Shown here one piece after another: positions 38,047 through 48,230 of a stretch of DNA of 64,000 nucleotides; the first letter of the stretch is position 1, and each line of letters begins with the position of its first letter. Location of the stretch: the NCBI GenBank assembly GCA_011364905.1, contig RDNZ01000005.1, positions 1 through 64,000 of the forward strand, written 5' to 3'. The DNA comes from Candidatus Thorarchaeota archaeon (GTDB taxonomy: Archaea > Asgardarchaeota > Thorarchaeia > Thorarchaeales > Thorarchaeaceae). A program made the position numbers and the translations under genes. A model generated the notes under the pieces. The model was not told the origin of the DNA, made no database searches, and saw nothing but the letters and a program-made list of their open reading frames with translations.

Positions 38047-38083
38047 GTAGTCTGGGTTTTCCAGACTACACCTCTCTTTTTTT
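38047..38083 (+). terminator. Hairpin plus T-tract terminator
   Basis: GTAGTCTGG/CCAGACTAC stem, then TTTTTTT. Confidence 0.7.
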
Positions 38084-38190
38084 GTTAGTAATGCGGATTG
38101 AGTGTGATTAGGATTCAGTCCTCTTACGCCAAAAAAAGCAAACTTTAAGAAACTGTTTCCACGGAGGTAATATCCCCAAACGGTGATTCT

Positions 38191-40596
38191 ATGAAACATG
38201 ATTCATTATCTAAATACTTAGCCTTGTCATTTCTTCTCTTACTAGTTGTGTCAGTCCTACAGACTAGTAATTCCTGGACAACAGTATCCTCTCAACCATC
38301 AGAGAATTACGTAAATGCTTCCTTTACCCCAAAGTCAATTCTATTTGATGAGTCACATTGTGATAACGGAAGCAGTCTTTGGGCACCAGGCAACGCTTCG
38401 TTGTTTAGTTGGATCTTGGGTGAAAGCGGGTATGACTCGGATACAAATTTTAACACAAGTCTGGATTCAGGAGTACTTGACCAGTATGATATCCTCGTCC
38501 TGTTCTTTCCAGTTATTCCGTTGACGAGTGGTGAAATAGGCGCTGTCCATGCGTTCGTAGATGCTGGAGGCGGTTTGCTTCTTGTTGGCGTAGATGATAG
38601 CAACTTTTGGGAATTTCGTTCGAATTATCTCAATCCGATCTCAAGTGGTTACGGAATCACCTTTCAATCAAACACTGTAGACGAAACAGTAACATCCTTT
38701 GCCACACACAACATCACATACGGAGTGACATCGATAAATACACGCGGAGATGACTTCAAATTCTGCACGATGTCTGTTTCAACACCGGCTGTTTCAGTCG
38801 TGGATTCAACATCAGGTCCAATCATCGCAACTTCTGAATCGGGCTCTGGCAGAGTAGTTGGCGTGGGAGGCCCAAGCATTTTCTATATGTATAGAAAGAA
38901 TGCAGGTAGCTTTGGAGATTCGCACTTTCAAATGTCAGTGAACATCATCGACTGGCTAGCGAGAAATCCAAAGAGAATTGCAAACATCCCGTCAGAGGCT
39001 GTGATTACAGTCGGTCCTGGACCCTCTTTGTCGCCATCTGCAGTTGAAGACTATGTCATGTTTACGGGAGCATACCATGAACATACGACTCACAGTGATG
39101 GAGCCAATACCCCATTGGAAATGCTTGAGAAGGGAATTAGGCTGGGCTATGATTTCTTTGTGATGACAGATCACTCTCATAACACTCCGGGTGACGTTGG
39201 CGGAATCACCGGAGCCCTTGCAATGCAAGATATAGTGAATGCGAATCACATCGACTTACCAATAATTGCTGGTGCGGAGCTGTCATCTGTCAAGCACACT
39301 ATTGGGTTCCCACTGACTGAAAACATCTGGACGGATAATCAACAATATGCAGTCGAGCAGATACATGCTCAGGGAGGAATTGCTATTCTGGCGCACCCAA
39401 CAATTGGATTTGATTACGCGCCCATCTATGAAAACCGAACTGCCTTGGGCTACGACGCAATTGAGGTGGACAACAGAGGCTTCTTCTTCGGCGGTGGAGA
39501 AGATGGCTTTTTTGACAACTTCATGGGTTCTGCGGATACACACACAGATTTGGAAGACGGACTTCGAGATGCCATATTCGTCGAGAATCCAAGTGGACCC
39601 AATGGAAGAGTGACCGCAGGGGACATCATCGATGCTGTTCTCAATAAAAGGGTTGTAATAATAGATCCATATAATGGCATGATCTATGGGCAGGAAGTAT
39701 GGGTCAACCGCTACATAGAGATTAGAGATCAAGCCGAATCAGCAATCCAGTCATGCAATGCATTACTTGACAGCTTGAAGGATTCGGGTGAAGAAGTCGG
39801 TCTGTCTGAGTTCTACCTCGCTGATGCTATGAAATCTCTTGACGCCTTGAATCCTGATAGAGCGCTTAGAATGGTCCAGAATGCAACCTCGGATGCAGTG
39901 CTTGGAGTCGACCTATCCATAACATCTCCAATGATTATGGAACCAGACACGGACCATGAAGTACCACTAGCATTGAAAAACAATCATACATATGGTGTCG
40001 AGATTGCCTCAACTTTGTTTGTTGGCAAGGGCATCTCTGTTACGTCGAATGATTTCAGCATTGTTGTGGCTGGAAAAAGCACTTCGACAGTGACACGGGA
40101 TTTCAGATCGAATAGTTATGGACTCACGACGTATTACTTGAATCTGTATGAATTCAATACTACGGGATTCATTAATCCCATCTTGATACCGATGAAGGGA
40201 ATCATTGATAATGTCACAGTAGAAGCAATCAAAGAGGGTGGTGACTATAACGCCGATGTGGCCTTTTGGATAGGAAGAGCTTCTGCCAGACAGATAGTAA
40301 CGGCCACTTTGTTCTACGACGATGGGACAGGTGAGCAACAAGTCGATATGAGCAGAGAGTTTAACCTGTTCCTCTATACGCTCGGTCCGTTTCCATCAAA
40401 CACAGAGCTGTCTATCCACATCATTGTGGTAACCTTCGAGGGAAACACGTACACGATTGGTGAGCAGGTTTTAACGCTAGGAGCAACTGGGCAGCCTCCT
40501 GAAATCGGTCCAATACTGCTTCTGGCGGCTGTCGGCGGCGCGGCTGCAATCATCCTCGTAATCGTAGTGGTTTTCTTAAAGCGGCGACGTGGATGA
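38191..40596 (+). CDS. Surface protein: GIFT-like domain + PHP phosphoesterase + C-terminal TM
   Basis: ILFDESH; HEHTTHSDG, TDH, GAE, AHP, GSADTH; TM plus KRRR. Confidence 0.82.
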   Translation: MKHDSLSKYLALSFLLLLVVSVLQTSNSWTTVSSQPSENYVNASFTPKSILFDESHCDNGSSLWAPGNASLFSWILGESGYDSDTNFNTSLDSGVLDQYDILVLFFPVIPLTSGEIGAVHAFVDAGGGLLLVGVDDSNFWEFRSNYLNPISSGYGITFQSNTVDETVTSFATHNITYGVTSINTRGDDFKFCTMSVSTPAVSVVDSTSGPIIATSESGSGRVVGVGGPSIFYMYRKNAGSFGDSHFQMSVNIIDWLARNPKRIANIPSEAVITVGPGPSLSPSAVEDYVMFTGAYHEHTTHSDGANTPLEMLEKGIRLGYDFFVMTDHSHNTPGDVGGITGALAMQDIVNANHIDLPIIAGAELSSVKHTIGFPLTENIWTDNQQYAVEQIHAQGGIAILAHPTIGFDYAPIYENRTALGYDAIEVDNRGFFFGGGEDGFFDNFMGSADTHTDLEDGLRDAIFVENPSGPNGRVTAGDIIDAVLNKRVVIIDPYNGMIYGQEVWVNRYIEIRDQAESAIQSCNALLDSLKDSGEEVGLSEFYLADAMKSLDALNPDRALRMVQNATSDAVLGVDLSITSPMIMEPDTDHEVPLALKNNHTYGVEIASTLFVGKGISVTSNDFSIVVAGKSTSTVTRDFRSNSYGLTTYYLNLYEFNTTGFINPILIPMKGIIDNVTVEAIKEGGDYNADVAFWIGRASARQIVTATLFYDDGTGEQQVDMSREFNLFLYTLGPFPSNTELSIHIIVVTFEGNTYTIGEQVLTLGATGQPPEIGPILLLAAVGGAAAIILVIVVVFLKRRRG

Positions 40597-40803
40597 GCAT
40601 ACTCTGTCTGTGTGACAATATCAGGACCATATAATACACAGCGACGGTCAAAACACTCTTGAAGACATGTTAGACAATGGACTTTCTCATGGCCTTGATT
40701 TCAGGGCTATGACCAGCCACTCTCAAAAAAGTCCCAAGTCAATAGAGGGGGCATGCCCTCCAAGCATACCACTTAATACCGACAAGTCTTGAATATGGGA
40801 GTC

Positions 40804-42771
40804 ATGAAAAAAGCAAGTGCAGTACTAATTATTTTGCTGTTGCCAATCTTCACCGCGGTTGTCTTCACACCGATGGTGACTACGGTGGATGCATGGGGAC
40901 ATGCAACCCACTTTTTCATAACGGAACAAGCCATGGCGGGGATTAGCAATCAGAGCTGGGCTGATGCCTTTGAATACTACTCCGCAGAGGTCATAGGTGG
41001 TAGTGTCTATCCTGATGTCGCATGGCAGGATTGGGACAATCATCTATACTATCCTGTAAATGGGACCCACCATGCACCAGAAGCTGCACAAAGATGGTAC
41101 AATTTTACAAGGACCAACTTTACAATTGGAAATTGGGAGGATGGTTTCTTCGCAGCAGGTGTCATGGCACACTATTTCAGCGACCCCTGTATACCGGTTC
41201 ACACTGACGTCTTCTGGGCAGGCCATTCGGCCTATGAAACGGATATCAACAATAATCTTGATCTCTTCACGATCTCGACTCCAACTGAATCGTACATCGC
41301 AAACGCTAGCCAATTAGTAGTCGATTCTGCAACTTACTCACACCAGTACTATGATGATGTGGTTTTTGCATATCCAACAGATAGCTCTCAAGCAATCCAA
41401 ACCAATGTGACAATCAAGAACTTGACTCAGGACTGTCTCAACTTGGCTATAGATGGTCTTCTTGATCTCTTCTATACTGCGACTTTAGGCATCAATGCAC
41501 CAGACGTAACAATCACCTATCAGTACAAAGCGATGATGGATGTTGCCCATGGTAATGACTATGCGGCTGCGGATTTGGATACGATTAACACGACTCTGTC
41601 GCAAAAGGGGTATCAGTTGACTGAACAGAGTACAGCAATAACGACTGAGAGTCTTGCAGGTGTTGACTTATTCATCGCCACGTGCGCTAGTTCACCTTAT
41701 ACTGCCAATGAACTCAATGCGATTTCCACATGGGCAGCCAGCGGAAATAAGGCGTTACTACTTACAGGAAGAGGTGATCATCCTTCAAGCCCGACGAACA
41801 CATCATATTCTGATGCCATCTTGGCAGCGATAGGCTCCAATATCAGAAATAATGATGACAATGTCTACATGGAAGGAACCTACAATCCATGGTATGATGA
41901 TTTGACAGTAATTCCTGATTCATCAGTTACCGTGAACCTCACAGCAGGTGTAAACACAGTGACGTTCTTCTCACCGAATAGTCTCTACTTCATAGACGAT
42001 GGTCCAGTTCTTCCCATAATCTATGCGGACGTTACAGGGTATCAAACTAACCAAGCCCCTCCCGCTCCTGCAGTCATCTATGATGATTCTATGGATGGCA
42101 TTTGGGGTAATCAGATCCCACTAGCTGCAGCTGAGGAAATAGGAAGCACGAGACTGTTGGTCACGGGAACGACATTCTTCAGCGACTTTGATTATAGTAA
42201 GCCTCAGTTTGATAACGTTCAATTGCTTGAGAATTTCCTAGATTGGGGAGTTGGGAACCGTTCTGAGTGGAACATCGCAAATGTGGATGAGGTTGGACCA
42301 AGAGTCAGCAATGTGGAGTGGAATCCAAGCAGCCCAGATGATGGGGAAAGTGTGACTGTTACAGCAACTGTAGCAGATCCAGGCGGCGTTGATGCTGTAT
42401 ATCTGAAGTACAACAATGGAACCGACTTGGTGACATTACAGATGGATGCAGGTGCTGGGGGAGTTTATTCGGGAGTCATCTCGGATGTGACCACTGGATC
42501 ACTCTCCTTCACTATTGAAGCGCATGACAACTCAGATAACATAGAAACACGAACACCGTTCACAATCACTTGGACACCTCCAGTCACAACTACTACCACT
42601 CCTCCAACTACCACAACAACGGCACCCACGACCGAAACTCCGACTACCTCTGAAACACCCACAGGCACAGGAACTGAACCTCCACTGCCAACGAACTTGC
42701 TGCTGATAGCAGGCATTGGAGTTGCTGTAGTGGTGTTGTTAGTTGTTGCGGTCTTAGTCCGGAAGCGGTAG
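40804..42771 (+). CDS. Surface protein: Zn-dependent phospholipase C/S1-P1 nuclease domain + GIFT-like + Ig-like + Thr linker + TM
   Basis: Mature N-terminus WGHATH, YPD, HYFSD...PVH, HSAYE; MDVAHGND; TM plus RKR. Confidence 0.82.
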   Translation: MKKASAVLIILLLPIFTAVVFTPMVTTVDAWGHATHFFITEQAMAGISNQSWADAFEYYSAEVIGGSVYPDVAWQDWDNHLYYPVNGTHHAPEAAQRWYNFTRTNFTIGNWEDGFFAAGVMAHYFSDPCIPVHTDVFWAGHSAYETDINNNLDLFTISTPTESYIANASQLVVDSATYSHQYYDDVVFAYPTDSSQAIQTNVTIKNLTQDCLNLAIDGLLDLFYTATLGINAPDVTITYQYKAMMDVAHGNDYAAADLDTINTTLSQKGYQLTEQSTAITTESLAGVDLFIATCASSPYTANELNAISTWAASGNKALLLTGRGDHPSSPTNTSYSDAILAAIGSNIRNNDDNVYMEGTYNPWYDDLTVIPDSSVTVNLTAGVNTVTFFSPNSLYFIDDGPVLPIIYADVTGYQTNQAPPAPAVIYDDSMDGIWGNQIPLAAAEEIGSTRLLVTGTTFFSDFDYSKPQFDNVQLLENFLDWGVGNRSEWNIANVDEVGPRVSNVEWNPSSPDDGESVTVTATVADPGGVDAVYLKYNNGTDLVTLQMDAGAGGVYSGVISDVTTGSLSFTIEAHDNSDNIETRTPFTITWTPPVTTTTTPPTTTTTAPTTETPTTSETPTGTGTEPPLPTNLLLIAGIGVAVVVLLVVAVLVRKR

Positions 42772-42787
42772 ACGCAAATTGAAGATA

Positions 42788-42824
42788 TGTGACCAGGACC
42801 TTCCTGGTCACACCCCCTATTTTT
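42788..42824 (+). terminator. Hairpin plus T-tract terminator
   Basis: TGTGACCAGGA-CCT-TCCTGGTCACA, then TTTTT. Confidence 0.7.
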
Positions 42825-42961
42825 CGTTCTGTAATTTTGACTGGGAAAAAACAGCAGACCCTTCGATTTGAGCAAACCCTCATTCCAAAAATCGGATAGC
42901 TATATCTTCATATGTTTAGATGAGATATGAATTACGATATAATAGAGAGAGGGTTTGCAAA

Positions 42962-43606
42962 ATGACTTACGGGTTGGACGCCAACGACCTGGAAAGAGAG
43001 GTTGAGATAGGTGTAGTGAGCGCCTTTGGTTGGGCGGTCATTGAGTTTGAAGCCACGCTATTTCAGAAATATTTGTTAATGTCAGCACCCAGCTCCTTGA
43101 TTACTGAAGATATGTTTCGGAAATATCTGAAGGATATGGAGGCAAAGGGGTACCTTGCGCCGGTTGATTTTCAAGGAAAGAAAGCATGGAAACGATTGGT
43201 GATTGATTCAGAGATCCAAGAGCCAGCAATGACTCCGGAAGAAGTTAACGAGTTCATTGCAAAAGCGCAGGCGGCATCGCAAAAGAAAAAGAAGAAACGT
43301 GAAGTTTTTAGTGATCATCGATTTCGGGAGTCCAAGAAGGTTGCGGAAAAGATTATTCGTACTCTTGAGCAGGTTATGCCTAAGTCGAAAGCTGGTAGAA
43401 TGCCTTGGGAACCAAAACTAATAGGCCATGTTGAGGGAATGCACAAAGCCCTCGCGGAGTCGAAGGATGAGTTTCTCAAGTACCTGAAGAAGAATATACC
43501 GAGCGCATATGATCCAATGAAAAAGATACTCAAATCGGAAGGAGAAGAAATGCTTCTCCTAAGTCTAAGATTCATTGAGTCTGGACAACGGGCGTATCCA
43601 CCATAG
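42962..43606 (+). CDS. Hypothetical protein, possible N-terminal winged helix
   Basis: Long ORF; FRKYLKDMEAKGYL...W resembles a wHTH recognition helix and wing. Confidence 0.55.
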   Translation: MTYGLDANDLEREVEIGVVSAFGWAVIEFEATLFQKYLLMSAPSSLITEDMFRKYLKDMEAKGYLAPVDFQGKKAWKRLVIDSEIQEPAMTPEEVNEFIAKAQAASQKKKKKREVFSDHRFRESKKVAEKIIRTLEQVMPKSKAGRMPWEPKLIGHVEGMHKALAESKDEFLKYLKKNIPSAYDPMKKILKSEGEEMLLLSLRFIESGQRAYPP

Positions 43607-43656
43607 CTGTAAATGGTGATCTATGAAAGCTATATCACTGTCTTCTGTTTAATTTG

Positions 43657-45051
43657 CTACTGTCCAACGAGCTCTGTTCCAGAGAATGCAATAGTAGGCA
43701 GTATGACACTCCCGTTAACTCCAATATCAGAAATGCCCTGGACTTGTATGTCGTTCGCGATGTATAGGTCGCCCTTGAGGCTCTCGTATAGATTGCCAAC
43801 ATGCAGCGCGTGTTTGATTTGACTGGTTAATTCACCATTCTCTATTAGCCGAGCGTTCCGAATCTCATTCGAGAAGGAACCTGAAGTTGGTTCAACTTGA
43901 GGCCATGCAAAGTGCTCTATGAATACTCCTTTGTCGATTTCACTTACCATATCATCGACGGTCTTCGTTGACGGAGTGATTTCAAGTGTTGTTATTCTGC
44001 AAGTCACTGGAGCTGCAAACGCACCGTTGATTTCACGGGCACCACGCCGCATTCCATTACTTGTCGATTCCAAGTCCAATTGGGCTGCATTATAACTATC
44101 ATTCAAATATGATGTGAGAATACCCTTTTCAATCACCGAGGTCTTCTTCATTGGCATCCCTTCATCATCGACAAGTGCACTGAGGAGACCCCTCTCAGAT
44201 AGACCATTGTCATATATGGTCAAGACCTCGTTTGCCACTGTGTCTCCAACCTTGTCGGTCCAAGGACTTGACTTCTTGTTGACATTCTCTCCTGAAGCTG
44301 AAAATTCAATAATCCGATTAAGTAGCTGTGCAGTTTCACTAGGTGCAAGAACAGCAATGACATTGTCCCACTTCTCCTTAAAGGCATCTGCCTTCAAGAC
44401 ACTCAATGCTTGCTCTTTCAGCTTCTCACCAACTTTATCAAATTCAATCTCAGAAACTTCACGCGACCAACATCTTTGAACACCCTCTCCAACAGCGCCA
44501 GAAACCTCAGCTTTCGCAGTGAAAAACCCATAGACCATCGTTGATTTTGAACCAGCGTCAACACCAAGCGAGTTCATCACTTTAAAATCGACAGAACTTG
44601 CTCGAAGGGTACCATTTGGAACAGTGACACTGTCAGAGGCTGCGCTCTCAACAACCAACATGGCTTTGTCTGTAAGATATTCGCTATCTAGATGTGCGGT
44701 GTTTTTGTCATAGAATCGCTCAGGACTCCCAGATACTTTCTTTGGGCTTGGTAGCGATTTGAATTTGAGATCAGGACTACTCACTTTTGCCATCGAACTC
44801 GCTCGAGAAACGAGGTCATCTACTGACTCTAAAGTGAGTGTGGAACTGGTATACCCTATTTTCTTGTCTATTATGAGTTTTAGCCCAAATCCCAACTCTG
44901 TTTGGGATGTACCCATCTTCGCAATATCATCATCGATATAGACGCCGGATGTTCTGACGATGATCCCAAATACCTCTGCCTGGGTTGCACCTGCTTTCTC
45001 TGCTAGATGGAGAATTTTACTATTGGTGGATTCTATGTCCATCTCAACCAC
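43657..45051 (-). CDS. pmbA: TldE/PmbA-family protein
   Basis: DDEG.P, GIL.SYL, SNG.R; no HExxH; overlaps tldD. Confidence 0.88.
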   Translation of the reverse strand: MVEMDIESTNSKILHLAEKAGATQAEVFGIIVRTSGVYIDDDIAKMGTSQTELGFGLKLIIDKKIGYTSSTLTLESVDDLVSRASSMAKVSSPDLKFKSLPSPKKVSGSPERFYDKNTAHLDSEYLTDKAMLVVESAASDSVTVPNGTLRASSVDFKVMNSLGVDAGSKSTMVYGFFTAKAEVSGAVGEGVQRCWSREVSEIEFDKVGEKLKEQALSVLKADAFKEKWDNVIAVLAPSETAQLLNRIIEFSASGENVNKKSSPWTDKVGDTVANEVLTIYDNGLSERGLLSALVDDEGMPMKKTSVIEKGILTSYLNDSYNAAQLDLESTSNGMRRGAREINGAFAAPVTCRITTLEITPSTKTVDDMVSEIDKGVFIEHFAWPQVEPTSGSFSNEIRNARLIENGELTSQIKHALHVGNLYESLKGDLYIANDIQVQGISDIGVNGSVILPTIAFSGTELVGQ

Positions 45052-46432
45052 CTCCCACTATAAGTTCGACACGCATGTTGGGGCCCCCGGACGAAACCGG
45101 AATGAAATCCTCTTCTCCTTTCCCACAAGTACCACCGCTAAAAGACAGAGTGTCACCCACTGCGTCTACAGTTTTTAATAGTTCGAGGACCTTTCCTGCA
45201 ATCGACAGTTGTCTGACAAGCTGTGTCTTTTGCCCGTTTTTTATGATATACCCTTTTAGAGCTGTACCTTGAACTCCGCCCCCAACAACATCTTCCATTC
45301 CAGATGTGAATTTTGTGATAAACAAACCTTCCTTTGTGTCCTCGACAATCTCTTCATCTTTCCAATCACCTTTGTCAAAAAACGTGTTGGTCATTCTAGC
45401 AAAGACGCGTCGGTTGAAATCCTGTGCCCTGCCATTGCCGGTCGGCTGAACACCCATCAGTATCGCTGTTTCAAGGGTGTGGAGGTATCCCTTGAACACA
45501 CCGTTTTCGATTATCACGTTTCGTGACGATGGAGTCCCCTCCGAATCATAGGGTACACTTCCCGATGGCCCCTTCAATGTTCCATCATCAACCATTGAAA
45601 CTAGTTCAGTGCCAATTGTCTTGCCAACAAGACCTGTCAGAAATGACCGACCCTTGACTACCTCGTCCGCCTCACTTGCATGACCACAGACCTCATGAAC
45701 TATCAGACCTGCAATATTCCCATCAATGACGGTCGTGAGTTTTCCTGAAGGTGGTTTCTCAGCTGAAAGGAGTTCTATTGCTCCCTTAGCAGTCTTTGAT
45801 CCAAAGGCTTCAGGGTCAACACTTCGGGCTAGCTCAAAACCAGCAGTGCCATCAACCACATCGAAGTCGAACTGAACATTACTCCCCTCCCTTGCAACAG
45901 CTTGAGTCACAACACGGATTCTTGATTCATCCCATTCAAGTTTTGACCCAGCTGTGTTGACCAGCTTGTAGATTCTTCTTGCATCACCATAGACTGAGTT
46001 TGTGTTGACTATCTTGTCATTTAGCTTCTGAGCCTTATCGAGATTCATGAGAAGCTCTATCTTCTCTTCAGTTGACACATCACCCGGATCCTCCTCAACC
46101 TGCTGGTGGACTGTCCTCTCAATGCCCTCTATTTCAGAAAGATCAATATCCTTTCTAGAGTGTTTCGAACAAGCCTTTGCCATTTTTGCGGCTTTTTCAA
46201 GAAGGCCCAAAAACTCCTTTTCAGAGAGGTGTCTTGATGATGAGGCAGTACCCCAGCATTCGCCGACGAGAGTGCGAGCAACAGCACCAGCAGTAGACCT
46301 TCTGTTGAATGAACGAAGCGAACCATTTGTCACATAAAGGTTCGTTGCATTCCGATCTTCAAGGCGAATGTCTGCAAAGGAAACCGCCTTATCGGAAAAT
46401 GAGTCAAGAGCCTTATCCATAATATCCAGCAT
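45044..46432 (-). CDS. tldD: TldD metalloprotease
   Basis: HEVCGHASEAD, YDSEG, GNGRA, RMTNT, CGKG. Confidence 0.92.
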   Translation of the reverse strand: MLDIMDKALDSFSDKAVSFADIRLEDRNATNLYVTNGSLRSFNRRSTAGAVARTLVGECWGTASSSRHLSEKEFLGLLEKAAKMAKACSKHSRKDIDLSEIEGIERTVHQQVEEDPGDVSTEEKIELLMNLDKAQKLNDKIVNTNSVYGDARRIYKLVNTAGSKLEWDESRIRVVTQAVAREGSNVQFDFDVVDGTAGFELARSVDPEAFGSKTAKGAIELLSAEKPPSGKLTTVIDGNIAGLIVHEVCGHASEADEVVKGRSFLTGLVGKTIGTELVSMVDDGTLKGPSGSVPYDSEGTPSSRNVIIENGVFKGYLHTLETAILMGVQPTGNGRAQDFNRRVFARMTNTFFDKGDWKDEEIVEDTKEGLFITKFTSGMEDVVGGGVQGTALKGYIIKNGQKTQLVRQLSIAGKVLELLKTVDAVGDTLSFSGGTCGKGEEDFIPVSSGGPNMRVELIVGGG

Positions 46433-46507
46433 CTGGCTTCACTACTGCTCTCGGTTTTTGCAGTGGAGATAAGTCTTTGGAGAAAAGCAACTATAATGAC
46501 CAAAGGA

Positions 46508-47437
46508 TCAATCTTGGACGTAAAGAGTGCCCTTCATCATAGTCACTGCAGTACCACTCACTTTGACCTGCTCAATGTTTTCCTGGTTGCCACGAACCTC
46601 AACGAAAATTTTGCCAGGTCTATCTACATAGTGGCCTTGCTCGATGACGATGCTCGTTACTGGATATGTTGTTTCCATGATACCATATCTGATTAAGTAG
46701 CTACCAAGACTTCCAGCCGCTGAGCCAGATACTGGATCCTCATAGATACCAAACGCAGGACCGAAGTGACGGACTTGAGCATCTGATGTTGGCTCCCTTG
46801 TATCTCGAGTGAAAACACTAAGAGAAACATAGTCAGAGTTAGCCTGTAACTTCTTCAAGCACTCCCAATCAGGTTTGATTCTATCAAGAGACCTACTTGT
46901 TGAAACCGGCATCATTAGATGAGGCGTTCCAGTACTCACAGTCTGCAAAGGATTTGGTGAAAGAATATCTGCTAACGAGAGACCTAAAGCTTCAGCATAT
47001 TCTTTGGGATCATAAGTTTCTAGGAACTGAGGCTTTTTGTGAGTTATTTGAATCTCGGGATGTCCGGTCGATTCATTCCTCACAATCTCAATATCAAGGA
47101 TGCCCGTACTGGTTTCAAGACTTACCATTGTGACATCCTGGACTAATTCGATAAAGCCCTCTTCGACAAGTGCATGAAAAGCGGCAATAGTTGGATGTCC
47201 AGAAAATCCTATTTCCCTTTTGGGAGTCATGTATCGAAAATGGAAGTCAGCTACTTGTGATTTAGAAACAAACACTGTTTCAGTCACATTCATTTCACGA
47301 GCAATTTTATTCATCGTCTGCTCGCTGACACGATCTGCATCCAGAACGACAGCAGCAGGATTCCCTCCAAACGGCTTATCGGTGAATGCATCAACTTGAA
47401 TCACGTTGAGGGTATGGTTACTAAGCATGGACATCAA
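46508..47437 (-). CDS. PhzF-family isomerase/epimerase
   Basis: VDAFT..FGGNPA, ETVF, GHPT, EDPVSGSA. Confidence 0.9.
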   Translation of the reverse strand: MMSMLSNHTLNVIQVDAFTDKPFGGNPAAVVLDADRVSEQTMNKIAREMNVTETVFVSKSQVADFHFRYMTPKREIGFSGHPTIAAFHALVEEGFIELVQDVTMVSLETSTGILDIEIVRNESTGHPEIQITHKKPQFLETYDPKEYAEALGLSLADILSPNPLQTVSTGTPHLMMPVSTSRSLDRIKPDWECLKKLQANSDYVSLSVFTRDTREPTSDAQVRHFGPAFGIYEDPVSGSAAGSLGSYLIRYGIMETTYPVTSIVIEQGHYVDRPGKIFVEVRGNQENIEQVKVSGTAVTMMKGTLYVQD

Positions 47438-47501
47438 CTTGTGGGGAAACCGCTCAATGGTTAATTAAGAATTCCATAAGGACAGAGTAGCTGCCACACA
47501 T

Positions 47502-47771
47502 TCATTTACTCTCCATATGATGGGAGAATTGCTCTTTGTGTTGTGAATGATACAAGACTCTATCTGCAGGGATTATCTTAGCCGGTCCGAACCTGGCTTT
47601 AGCAGGTTCGTAGTCACAATCAAGTAGGGTTGCAGACCACATATCACGACCCTGCTTCCCAGTAGTTTCGTGAGCAGCGCTCGGTCTGTTCTTGGTTATC
47701 CTAACACTATAGGCATAGAATAGCATTGACAGTAATACGCCAAACCCAAGCAGATAGATTATGAACGGCAT
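47502..47771 (-). CDS. Small membrane-anchored hypothetical protein
   Basis: 89 aa with N-terminal hydrophobic helix; fills an intergenic gap. Confidence 0.5.
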   Translation of the reverse strand: MPFIIYLLGFGVLLSMLFYAYSVRITKNRPSAAHETTGKQGRDMWSATLLDCDYEPAKARFGPAKIIPADRVLYHSQHKEQFSHHMESK

Positions 47772-47851
47772 TGTTAACTATTGTGAATTATATTGATTTA
47801 AGGTTTCTGTTAGACTGACAAACACATTGTTCAGATATGGAAGGCAATGGA

Positions 47852-47950
47852 AGAAGGTGGCGAGCACGTGGGAATCGTGGTAGGAGGGGGGAGTTTCGTA
47901 ATTGAGGGCATGTAACGAAAAACTAGCCCACACGCTCGCCTTTGCTTTTT
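47852..47950. repeat. Dispersed ~100 bp element, copy 2, with terminal inverted repeat
   Basis: GGCGAGCACGTGGG...CCCACACGCTCGCC; core shared with 13952-14052. Confidence 0.75.
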
Positions 47951-48175
47951 ACTTTAATAGGATTTATGCCCGGCTATTCCTACTTAGACTTGTATTAATT
48001 CTTTTCTCCACTTATTAAAGTTTGTTTTGGTACTAGGAAAATTCGCAAAATAATTGAGCCCTATTCATTGTATAAGCTCTATTTTTCAATAGCAAAAATT
48101 GTAATCACATCACCATTTCAGTGGATGAATTGTTCTTAAATTACGGCGAATTGTTCTAATGAGAAATTATAGTGG

Positions 48176-48217
48176 AAAAAGAAAAACAGAGGTGTGTGTT
48201 CATGATGAAACACACAC
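48176..48217 (-). terminator. Hairpin plus T-tract terminator of tes
   Basis: GTGTGTGTT/AACACACAC stem, then TTTTTCTTTTT on the minus strand. Confidence 0.7.
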
Positions 48218-48230
48218 ATGTTAGCGATCT

